A DNA stretch of 64,000 nucleotides. Origin: an uncultured archaeon (GTDB lineage: Archaea > Nanobdellota > Nanobdellia > Pacearchaeales > GW2011-AR1). The stretch lies in the NCBI GenBank assembly GCA_902386025.1, contig CABMHR010000001.1:99741-163740 (forward strand). Reading direction: 5' to 3'. Positions 28,540 to 36,861 of this stretch are shown here, piece by piece (positions within the stretch are counted from its first letter, which is position 1; every line of letters begins with the position of its first letter). A program made the position numbers and the translations under genes. The notes under the pieces are model-generated. The model saw nothing but the letters and a program-made list of their open reading frames with translations, did not search any database and had not been told where the DNA came from.

Positions 28540-29069
28540 ACAGTTTGCTTTGTTTCAAAAGCAAATATCTTTGTAACGCTGAAGAAATTTATTTTCCTCT
28601 TCATTTCAAAGTTCTCTTTTAATATTTTTAGAATTTCATCATAAGAAGTTATATGCTCTTTTGGAACTTCTGTCTTGCCTACAAACTTCCTCATTTTTCT
28701 TGAAATAAAATTTCCTGTGGGTATAGAGACAATAATTTCAAAATTATCATTCATCTTCTTGAAATCTCCAATTATTTTTTTTATTTCGGGAGCAGGGATG
28801 TGTTCAAGGACATCAAGGCAGAATATCTTTGTTGGTTTTACTTTCCTGTAATCTTTTACAAATGTTTTTTCTGGATTTATGTCATATCCTATAATATAAA
28901 ATTTTCTTAATTTATTTTCAAGCCATCCTGCCCCGCATCCAAAATCAAGAATTACATCCTCTTTTTTAAGATGAGCAAGCTTTACTGCAGCATTTACTTT
29001 CTGCCTGAAATATGTCTTTGTCAGCAGATTCTTGCTTTCATAAGTGTTTTCAAGAAGATTATTTTCCAT
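28536..29069 (-). CDS. Class I SAM-dependent methyltransferase
   Basis: ILDFGCGAGW (motif I), CLDVLEHIP. Confidence 0.65.
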   Translation of the reverse strand: MENNLLENTYESKNLLTKTYFRQKVNAAVKLAHLKKEDVILDFGCGAGWLENKLRKFYIIGYDINPEKTFVKDYRKVKPTKIFCLDVLEHIPAPEIKKIIGDFKKMNDNFEIIVSIPTGNFISRKMRKFVGKTEVPKEHITSYDEILKILKENFEMKRKINFFSVTKIFAFETKQTV

Positions 29070-29119
29070 TATGAAAATTCTCCTGAATTTTTATTTGTGC
29101 TGAACTTCTGTTCTGTCAT
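29067..29119 (-). promoter_or_regulatory. Hairpin + TAATG-coupled mini-ORF cassette, copy 1 (upstream of methyltransferase)
   Basis: The coding strand reads ATGACAGAACAGAAGTTCAGCACAAATAAAAATTCAGGAGAATTTTCATAATG. The mini-ORF MTEQKFSTNKNSGEFS (29119..29069) ends in a TAA that shares a base with the methyltransferase ATG. Hairpin at 29074-29091 (AAAATTC/GAATTTT stem). 38 nt are identical to 45817-45854. Confidence 0.5.
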
Positions 29120-29960
29120 TTTTTAGCTTTTCCCTGAATATTTTATTTAATTCAATAACTTTAAGGTTTTTCTTTTTTCCTTCTTCATTAAGAATATAAA
29201 TTCCATTCATTTCCCTGCATTTTGGATTATATCCATGCATAGCTTTGACAGGAATTCTTCCCTGCCAGTAATTTGGCAGTATTAAAACACTAGGATTTGC
29301 AAGAAAAATATAATCTCCGTATCTTTTGTCTTTCCAGTCAATCCATTCCCCGTCCTTTGAATTAAAATTTGGCTTCTCCCCCCAGTATCTTGCGAAGGTT
29401 GAATCAATCATGCAATCTTTTGTTTCAGGAACAGATATTATTTTTTTTATGTCTATCATTCCGTGGTCTGAAAGAATTATGTCAAATTTCAGCTTTGAAA
29501 CTCTTCTGTCTATTTCTCTTATTATTTTTTTTGTCTCTTCGCTTTTTGTTCCATATTTATGGGCAATTTTGTCAATTTCTCCTATGTAAAGATATTCTAC
29601 CCCCCTTATCTTCTCAAACGGCTTTCCTATTTCCGTATCAAATTTATAAAGTTTCTTCAGAGGGATATTTCCTGTTCTGAATAATCTTTTTCTTGACAAT
29701 AATCTCTGCAGATTGATAAGAATTTCAACAGGAAGCCTTCCCATCCATTGAACTTTTTTTGTCCATTTCAAGCGGGAATTTTCTTTCTTGTGGAAAAAAG
29801 CAAGCATATCATTTCCTCCGTAAAAAAAAGTTTTCATTCCTCCCTCAAAACCCAGAGGCATTTCAAGCTCCCCCCATTGAAATTTTTTTGTCAGATGGGA
29901 CAAATAAGGGGCATATTCAAGATACTCCGGCTTGAATGAATCAATCATTATAATCTTCAT
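29091..29960 (-). CDS. Alkaline-phosphatase-superfamily enzyme (nucleotide pyrophosphatase/phosphodiesterase- or phosphotransferase-like)
   Basis: N-terminal IIMIDSFKPEYL and later IILSDHGM resemble the metal-ligand motifs of the AP/NPP superfamily. Confidence 0.5.
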   Translation of the reverse strand: MKIIMIDSFKPEYLEYAPYLSHLTKKFQWGELEMPLGFEGGMKTFFYGGNDMLAFFHKKENSRLKWTKKVQWMGRLPVEILINLQRLLSRKRLFRTGNIPLKKLYKFDTEIGKPFEKIRGVEYLYIGEIDKIAHKYGTKSEETKKIIREIDRRVSKLKFDIILSDHGMIDIKKIISVPETKDCMIDSTFARYWGEKPNFNSKDGEWIDWKDKRYGDYIFLANPSVLILPNYWQGRIPVKAMHGYNPKCREMNGIYILNEEGKKKNLKVIELNKIFREKLKNDRTEVQHK

Positions 29961-31351
29961 TTTTTATTCAATCCTAAAAAAGCAATTCCTGCATTTAAGT
30001 ATATTTTAAATTTCTCAACGTCTCTTATGTTTTTTAATGCTTTGATAAATATCTTTGGCCTGAAATAAAATTCTCTGTATGCTTTCTTCTGCATTTCCAT
30101 CAGGGTTTTCTCATCAAGTTCTCCATGATGAAATATCACATTTCCATAGGCAATATAATCTCTGTAATTCTTTGGGTAAATTTCCCCCTCTTTTTTTATT
30201 ATTTTCCAATAATCTGTGTTTGGGAAGGGAATTGTTATATGAAATGTTGCAGTGTCCAAGTCAAGAGTTTTTGCAAAGTTTATTGTATCCTGCATTGTCC
30301 TCTCATTTTCCCCAAGATTTCCAAACATAAACAGCCCTCTTGTTTCAATTCCAGCCTCTCTGCACCAATTTACTGCCTGCCTGACTTTTTGAAGATTTAT
30401 GCTCTTTTTCATTTTATTTAAAATTTCTTCATTTCCGGATTCTATCCCAAGAGAAACCATGTAGCATCCTGCAAGTTTCATTTTTTTCAGCAAATCAGGA
30501 GTTATTCTGTCAACTCTGATTCCATTGGAGCATCTCCAGCTCATTTTTTTGTTTAACCCTTTTTTTATCATCAAATCGCAGAATTCTTCAACCCTTTCAG
30601 AAAGAAGAGTAAAATTATCGTCGACAAAATCCCAATCTCTCGCCCCCCTTCTGTAAATTTCTTCAACTTCTTTGATAATATTTTCTGGGCTTCTAAATCT
30701 GAATTTTCTCCCGTGAACTAAATGATCTGCACAGAAAATGCACTGGTAAGGGCACCCTCTTGAACTCAAAATGTAATCGCTTGGATTTTGTTTTGCTCCT
30801 GCGCTGAAATATTTTTCCATTGGAAGAAGCTCTCTTGCGGGAAGAGGAAGCTCGTCTAATTTATCATTAAGCTCTCTTTCTGAATTATGGATTATTTTTT
30901 TATTCTTTCTGTATGAAAGCCCTTTTATTTTACTCAAGGTTTTTTTCTGCACAAGTTCAAGCATTGCAAATTCCCCCTCTCCCCTTATAAGATAATCAAA
31001 TCTATCAAATTTTTCCAGAGTTTCTTGAGGCATAGAACTTGCGTGAATTCCTCCAATAACAACTTTTATATTCTTTGGACAGAGTTTTGCTATTTCATAA
31101 GCTTCTTCTATCATGCTTGTAGTTGAAGTTATTCCAACCCAATCAGGAGAATATTCTTTTATGCATCTTTCTATTTGAAAATGATTTAGATTATTTGCAT
31201 TTGCTTCCAATATCTTTACTTCAATGTTGTTATTTTTCAAGACTGAAGCAATATAAGCCAGTCCAAGCGGGGGGAAAATAGGTGTTATTTCCTTCTTTTT
31301 TGCATAAGCATAAATCTGCCGATAATTTGGCTGTATAAGCAATACTCTCAT
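29957..31351 (-). CDS. B12-binding-domain radical SAM enzyme
   Basis: MRVLLIQPNY...PPLGLAYIASVLKNNNIEVKILEAN, SSRGCPYQCIFCADH (CX3CX2C). Confidence 0.8.
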   Translation of the reverse strand: MRVLLIQPNYRQIYAYAKKKEITPIFPPLGLAYIASVLKNNNIEVKILEANANNLNHFQIERCIKEYSPDWVGITSTTSMIEEAYEIAKLCPKNIKVVIGGIHASSMPQETLEKFDRFDYLIRGEGEFAMLELVQKKTLSKIKGLSYRKNKKIIHNSERELNDKLDELPLPARELLPMEKYFSAGAKQNPSDYILSSRGCPYQCIFCADHLVHGRKFRFRSPENIIKEVEEIYRRGARDWDFVDDNFTLLSERVEEFCDLMIKKGLNKKMSWRCSNGIRVDRITPDLLKKMKLAGCYMVSLGIESGNEEILNKMKKSINLQKVRQAVNWCREAGIETRGLFMFGNLGENERTMQDTINFAKTLDLDTATFHITIPFPNTDYWKIIKKEGEIYPKNYRDYIAYGNVIFHHGELDEKTLMEMQKKAYREFYFRPKIFIKALKNIRDVEKFKIYLNAGIAFLGLNKK

Positions 31352-31392
31352 TTTATTTAACCTTTTGCCTGATTAATAAAGATTATCCTTCT

Positions 31393-32529
31393 TTAAACCA
31401 GCTTTTGCAGATAATATATAGAATACAATTTCAAAATCCTGTCCTTTAAAGGTTGGGTATTGCCGGTTAGTTTTTTTAAGTATTTTTCTGCCTCTTTTTT
31501 TTCGTTTAATGAATAAAGAATTAGAGAAATGGCTATAATTATCCCTGCGTCTCTCCAATGCATTAAACTTTTTATTAAAAATTCTTTTTTTCTTAATCCT
31601 TCAGCAAAAAATCTTAGATTTAGATAATACTGGGCTGGAAATAAAAACCTGCTTCCAAGATAATCATCAAAATAATTATAAGGCAGTTTTTTATACGCTT
31701 CTTTGCATAAAGCTTTCCAGTCTTCTGTTCTCTCATTAAGGTCTCTCTGAAGAGCTTTTTTTAATGTCCATTCAACCCATTTTTTTGATTCTTCAAAGAA
31801 AGAATTAACTTTTTCTATTTCATACCCCCCGTATAATTTTGCTTTTGTTGCTTTGCTCACAAGGCTCTTTAGCTCTTTATGAACATCTATTTCCTGAAAT
31901 GCCTTCTCTCTGTCCTGTGCTTTTGAAGAATATTTTCCTTGAAGAATTAGCAGGGCAGAGCATAAATCAATAAACCCCTTGATTGCATAAATAGATTTTA
32001 TCTTCTCTGAATTTCCTTCAGCAATTGCAAAATGATCCATCTTGTTAAAAAGAAGCCGGATAGCATCTGATTTTGATATTTTTACATCTGGTATCTTTTT
32101 GAGGATATCTTTGTCTCCGTAAACAACCAAGCTCGTCTTTAAATCAAAAGTTCTTTGTGTGGGATATAATTTTTGCAGATTTTTGTAAGGAATGCAATGC
32201 ATATCTACGTGAAAGAACTTGTTTTCATCATATGTCTGTTCAAAATTTTCAACAATCTCCAGCCCGCCCCTGCCTATTGCTGCTGAACATTTCTTTCCAA
32301 GTTCTTCTAGAATTTCATTGCTTATTTTTTTCTTGGTTATCAAGTATAAATCATAATCATTTAAGGGGGTTATTTTTCCTTTAATCTTTTTGAAACTTCC
32401 ATTCTCGTGCCCGAATCCCCCAAAAAATACAATTGCTATAGGCTTGACTTCCTTTAATACAAGATTTTTTATTATCTTCAAATCCTGTTCTATCTTTTCA
32501 TCCGCTTGTTTTGATGTTGTGTATTTCAT
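31393..32529 (-). CDS. Hypothetical protein, possible Pol-beta-type nucleotidyltransferase fold + helical domain
   Basis: VFFGGFGHENGS ... NDYDLYLIT ... HVDMH loosely fits a G-[SG] ... DxD ... D/H nucleotidyltransferase pattern. Weak. Confidence 0.45.
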   Translation of the reverse strand: MKYTTSKQADEKIEQDLKIIKNLVLKEVKPIAIVFFGGFGHENGSFKKIKGKITPLNDYDLYLITKKKISNEILEELGKKCSAAIGRGGLEIVENFEQTYDENKFFHVDMHCIPYKNLQKLYPTQRTFDLKTSLVVYGDKDILKKIPDVKISKSDAIRLLFNKMDHFAIAEGNSEKIKSIYAIKGFIDLCSALLILQGKYSSKAQDREKAFQEIDVHKELKSLVSKATKAKLYGGYEIEKVNSFFEESKKWVEWTLKKALQRDLNERTEDWKALCKEAYKKLPYNYFDDYLGSRFLFPAQYYLNLRFFAEGLRKKEFLIKSLMHWRDAGIIIAISLILYSLNEKKEAEKYLKKLTGNTQPLKDRILKLYSIYYLQKLV

Positions 32530-33508
32530 TTTTTTTGTCCAATAAGAGGATTATTATTGCAATTATGCAGGGGATTATATTTGTTATTATTATGCTAAAA
32601 ATGGACATAGAGAAAACCTTTACAGCGCTTACCTCAAGTATTCCAAATAGCCCTATCATTGTCAGTTCTCTTGTTCCAAATCCATTTATTGTGATAGGAA
32701 TTTGTGCAACAAGAGTTGCAACAGGCAGTATCATTAAGAAATAAATGAATTTGACATTTATCCCTAAGGACAATCCAACAAGGTAGATTATAACATAATT
32801 CATAATCCAAGTTATTATATTTATTAAAAATACAAATGATAAAAAAGGAAGAGAAGGGAGGTCTTCATAAAAAGAATTAAATAAAACTCTGCTTTTTTCT
32901 TTTAGCCTGTTTGGGATGAATCTTCTGTAAATAATTCTTAGGAAAAATCTGCTGTTTTCTTTCTTGTAGAAGACAAGAAAAAGGAGAATTATAACTGCAA
33001 AAATACCAATCATTAAATAAAGATATGAATCGGGAATTAATTTTTTATAGCGCAGAAATCCAAATATTGCTACGAGTGCAAACAAAGAGCAGATGTCCAT
33101 AATCTTGTCTATTACAAAATTGCTAAGCCCTTTCCCAGTTTCTGTTCCTTTTCTTTTAAGATAATCTGTTCTTATTATTGTCCCAATCTTTCCGGGGGTT
33201 ACAAAGCCGTAGAAATTGGCTATAAGATTTATTTTAAATGCTTCCCCAAAAGGCACATTTATTTTTTGTTTTCTTGCTATGACAAACCATTTCAGGGTTT
33301 GCAGTATGAAAAAAATAGCTACAAATACAAGAGAAATGGCGATATAATCCCATTTTATGCTGTTAAATTCCTGAAATACTTTTGCAACGTCTAATCTTAC
33401 TAAAAGATAGATGAATAATCCAATTCCTATAAGGGGGAGATATTTTTTGATTGTCGCCCATTTCATAAAAGACAATGATTTTTTCTCAATAAAAACCTTA
33501 TGGAACAA
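32498..33508 (-). CDS. Polytopic membrane protein, flippase-like/UPF0104 (lysyl-PG synthase TM-region-like)
   Basis: About 8 hydrophobic segments; GFVTPGKIGTIIRTDYLKR resembles the conserved P-G-x-G loop of that family. Confidence 0.45.
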   Translation of the reverse strand: MFHKVFIEKKSLSFMKWATIKKYLPLIGIGLFIYLLVRLDVAKVFQEFNSIKWDYIAISLVFVAIFFILQTLKWFVIARKQKINVPFGEAFKINLIANFYGFVTPGKIGTIIRTDYLKRKGTETGKGLSNFVIDKIMDICSLFALVAIFGFLRYKKLIPDSYLYLMIGIFAVIILLFLVFYKKENSRFFLRIIYRRFIPNRLKEKSRVLFNSFYEDLPSLPFLSFVFLINIITWIMNYVIIYLVGLSLGINVKFIYFLMILPVATLVAQIPITINGFGTRELTMIGLFGILEVSAVKVFSMSIFSIIITNIIPCIIAIIILLLDKKNEIHNIKTSG

Positions 33509-33510
33509 TG

Positions 33511-34965
33511 CTATTTCACAAAATCCTTCAAATGTCCGAAAACTGCCTTTATCCCCTTAAAATTGAATTTAAAATCATTCCAGCTTCTTATATTCCTTGC
33601 CCTCTGAAAAATATAGGCGGGGGTTAAAAATATTGTATAAATTCTGCTGCAAATTCCTGCAACATCTCTGGCATCAGAGTTTTCTGTTCTCAGAACAGGC
33701 TCTCTCATATCATATCTTTCATATTCTAACGGATTAAATAAAAACCATTTATTCTCTTTTGCCTCTTTCCATAAAGGAGTTCCAGGATAGGGAACAAGAA
33801 CAGTTGCCTGCAGTAAATCAGCTTTTCCGCTTTGCATTAATTTTTTCGCAAGCTGGAATGTCCTCAATGCATCTTCTTTGGTTTCCCAAGGATATCCCAC
33901 TATCATTGTCAAGTGCACAGTAAGTCCTGCTTTCTTCGCCATTCTGCATCCTTCAAATATATCTTTAATTTTTATCCCCTTGTTTAATCTGTCCAATGTT
34001 TTTTGATTTGCACTTTCAAGTCCAAATTTAAGAAGCCTGAATCCTGCTTTTTTCATTAAATCAAATTCTTCTTGATTCAATGCCCCAAATCTCATATTGC
34101 AGGAATATTTTATCTTCCTGCTGTACCCTCTTTTTATCAATCCTTCACATAAATCTTTCAGCCATTTTCCAGTCATCAGGGTTCCAGAATCATCAAAGAT
34201 TTCTTTTGCATTATATTTCTCTATTAATATTCCAATTTCATTTAAAACATTTTCAACACTTCTGACTCTAAAGCAGGGAAATAAAATTGGCCACGCGCAG
34301 AACTTGCATTTTCCCCACCAGCAGTCTCTTCCAGACATAATATAAAAAAAAGGCTTTCCCTGCAAATTATATTCTTTTTCATAAAGCCCCCATTTTGTCA
34401 GCTCTCTGTCAATAAACGGAAGTTCGTCCAGATTATGCTTGAGGATAATTTTTCCTGAATTGATTATTCTGTCATTTTTTCTGTAATATATTCCCTTGGG
34501 GCAGTTTTTGCTTTTTTTCTTAATCCAGCTGCATAATTCCAGAAGACTAAAATCAAAATCCCCCCCGCACAAGACAAAATCTACTTTTGAATTTTTCATG
34601 CTTTCTTCTGGGAATGAAGTTGTGTGATCTCCCAATAATGCTATTTTCATTCTTGGGAATTTTTCTTTTAATGCATTAATAATCTTCCAATGTTGTTTTA
34701 TCACAGGAGTTTTTGTCTCAAAGGCAAATAAATCTGGATTCTCTTTTTCTATTCTTGATAGAAATTCCTTCCAAGAAAGTTTTTCTGCTATTGCATCAAG
34801 CCAGCATACTTCATAATTATTTTTTTTCAAAAGAGTTGCAGCACTTCCAAGTATAACGGGAAACATATAGCTGGGATTTGAAAACCACTGAAACTGCCTG
34901 TTCTGGCTTAGCAGTGCAACTCCTTTTTTTGAGAATGTTGGGGGATATCCTATAATTATTTTCAT
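33511..34965 (-). CDS. B12-binding-domain radical SAM enzyme with atypical CX4CX2C cluster motif
   Basis: The cobalamin-domain-like N-terminus is followed by SGRDCWWGKCKFCAW (Cys215/220/223; 34297-34323). Confidence 0.7.
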   Translation of the reverse strand: MKIIIGYPPTFSKKGVALLSQNRQFQWFSNPSYMFPVILGSAATLLKKNNYEVCWLDAIAEKLSWKEFLSRIEKENPDLFAFETKTPVIKQHWKIINALKEKFPRMKIALLGDHTTSFPEESMKNSKVDFVLCGGDFDFSLLELCSWIKKKSKNCPKGIYYRKNDRIINSGKIILKHNLDELPFIDRELTKWGLYEKEYNLQGKPFFYIMSGRDCWWGKCKFCAWPILFPCFRVRSVENVLNEIGILIEKYNAKEIFDDSGTLMTGKWLKDLCEGLIKRGYSRKIKYSCNMRFGALNQEEFDLMKKAGFRLLKFGLESANQKTLDRLNKGIKIKDIFEGCRMAKKAGLTVHLTMIVGYPWETKEDALRTFQLAKKLMQSGKADLLQATVLVPYPGTPLWKEAKENKWFLFNPLEYERYDMREPVLRTENSDARDVAGICSRIYTIFLTPAYIFQRARNIRSWNDFKFNFKGIKAVFGHLKDFVK

Positions 34966-35000
34966 AATCTTATCTTATATTTGTGTTATTTAAATGTATT

Positions 35001-35783
35001 TTACAGGCGCATTTTCATTCTTTGCGGAAGTTTTCTGTAAAATCTTACTATAAATTTGAAAGGTGAATGAATAAGCCTTAATCTTATTCCTGACAGCAGC
35101 ATTCTGATAGGAGTTTTTTTTATGTTTACCTTGGAGCCGACTTCATCATGCCAGATTGTAGGTATTGCTTTTATTTTTGCTTTGCTTTCTTTTTTAAGGC
35201 AGTATAATAAGGCTATATCAAACCCCCAGTTGCTTGTAACAAGTTTGTTGATATTTTTTTCAATAATCTCTCTTTTAAACAATTTTGCCCCGCATTGAGT
35301 ATCTCTGTGATTAAATAAAAAAAGAGTCCTTACAATCCAATTATACCCTCTGCTGACAAATCTTCTGAATGTGCTTTGTTTCGGGGTAATAATGCTTCTT
35401 TTGTTCCACCTGTCTGCAATTATTCCATCATATCCATCTATTCCTTTAATCAAATCATAAAAAGCTTCAGGTGGAGTTGACATATCTCCGTCGACAAATC
35501 CTATCAAATTATTTTTTCTTTTCAGTGCATCCTTAAATCCGCAGATTATTGCAAACCCTTTTCCCCCTTCTTTAAACCGAATATGCCTTATTTCCTTATA
35601 TTTCTTTGAATATGCTTGGATTATTTCTTCTGTTCTGTCTGTTGTGTTATTTATAACGAAAAGAAGCTCAAAATCATCAATTTCTTTTTTCTTTTTCTTT
35701 TCCTCAAAAAAGACAGAATATTTTTCCAATATTTTGACAATTCTTTTTTCTTCATTGTGCACAGGAACTACAATTGAAATCAT
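35001..35783 (-). CDS. Family 2 glycosyltransferase (dolichyl-phosphate hexose synthase-like)
   Basis: MISIVVPVHNEE, FVDGDMSTP (DxD). Size and layout match Dol-P-Glc/Man synthases. Lies adjacent to aglH/aglB-type genes. Confidence 0.7.
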   Translation of the reverse strand: MISIVVPVHNEEKRIVKILEKYSVFFEEKKKKKEIDDFELLFVINNTTDRTEEIIQAYSKKYKEIRHIRFKEGGKGFAIICGFKDALKRKNNLIGFVDGDMSTPPEAFYDLIKGIDGYDGIIADRWNKRSIITPKQSTFRRFVSRGYNWIVRTLFLFNHRDTQCGAKLFKREIIEKNINKLVTSNWGFDIALLYCLKKESKAKIKAIPTIWHDEVGSKVNIKKTPIRMLLSGIRLRLIHSPFKFIVRFYRKLPQRMKMRL

Positions 35784-35849
35784 ATCTTATCTTCTGATAG
35801 AACCCTTAAAAGATTAATTATTTCATAATATATACTCTCTATAAAGTGA

Positions 35850-36860
35850 TTAAACAGCATTAAACAACTCTGTTCTGAATAAAACAAATCCTATTATAAT
35901 TATAAATATTTGAAACAAGTTTATCAGCAGAACAACATCTGTTTCATAGACTTTTTTGCTTGGTTTTATTTTCTTTAATACATTAATTGCAAGATGTTCC
36001 AGCCCGTATATTTTTTCATATGGCTGTTCCAAGCTCCCATCTGGATTAACTCTTGCAAAGCTCTGCTTTTTCAGTTTTCCTCTTGACTTGAGGATTGTTT
36101 CAAGGATATATGGAATAAAAAAGAAGACAGCAATCCCTTCTATATTTCCTAAAATTGCTATTGTTCCGATTAATGCTCCGACGCAGTAAGTAAGAATATT
36201 CCCCGGGAATACTTTGGCAGGATTTTTGTTGTATATGTAAAACGGAACAAGCGAAGCAACCATGCATAATGTGATAACACTCAGCCATTTTTGCCCCATT
36301 AGGAATGTTATTCCTGCAAGAGAAGAAAGAATTATTATTCCTTGGCTGGTTTCAAGCCCGTTATATCCTGCAAGAAAATTAAATGTTGCAGACGCTCCGA
36401 TTATCCCAATAGGAATAATAATTAACGGAAAAATCCATCCAAAGTTTATTCCCATTATTGTTGATTGTCCTGCGTTTATCACTATCAGAGGGATTGAAGC
36501 AAACAAAAGAAGAATTAATCTTGACTTTATTGTTAATCCGCCTTTTCTCCATCCAAGCAAATCATCCAGCATTCCTATAAATGCAATTACTAAAATGACG
36601 CTTAAAGATGCGAAAATTTCTATTAAATTATCCTTTGATTTAAAATAAAATGTTTTTATTGCAATATAAGATAATGTTCCTAATATAAATGCAAGAAACA
36701 TACTTATTCCTCCAGAACCGGCAACATTTTTTGGGTGCTCTGGCTTGTTCATATCTTCCCAAACAAGCCCTATATCTTTTGCTTTCCTAATCCAAAATGG
36801 AATTAAGAATAATCCTGTAAAGAAGCTTAAAAGAAGAGGGATTAACAGAATCAAATTCAT
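35850..36860 (-). CDS. MraY/WecA-family (GT4 polyprenyl-phosphate) HexNAc-1-phosphate transferase, AglH-like
   Basis: About 10 TM segments; GMLDDLLGW motif; FPGNILTY. Directly downstream of aglB. Confidence 0.75.
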   Translation of the reverse strand: MNLILLIPLLLSFFTGLFLIPFWIRKAKDIGLVWEDMNKPEHPKNVAGSGGISMFLAFILGTLSYIAIKTFYFKSKDNLIEIFASLSVILVIAFIGMLDDLLGWRKGGLTIKSRLILLLFASIPLIVINAGQSTIMGINFGWIFPLIIIPIGIIGASATFNFLAGYNGLETSQGIIILSSLAGITFLMGQKWLSVITLCMVASLVPFYIYNKNPAKVFPGNILTYCVGALIGTIAILGNIEGIAVFFFIPYILETILKSRGKLKKQSFARVNPDGSLEQPYEKIYGLEHLAINVLKKIKPSKKVYETDVVLLINLFQIFIIIIGFVLFRTELFNAV

Positions 36861-36861
36861 C

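Noticed and set aside
29067-29119. Interpretation of the 38-nt repeat as a MITE or IS remnant.
   Set aside because: No terminal inverted repeats beyond the internal 7-bp hairpin, no target-site duplication common to the copies, and no transposase. The precise TAATG junction with downstream start codons in all three copies fits a translational or regulatory module better. It is kept as a finding, not called a mobile element.
31373-31558. 61-aa minus-strand ORF overlapping the 3' end of 31393..32529.
   Set aside because: It lies out of frame and is completely nested in a longer, better ORF, with an Arg/Lys-rich nonsense composition.
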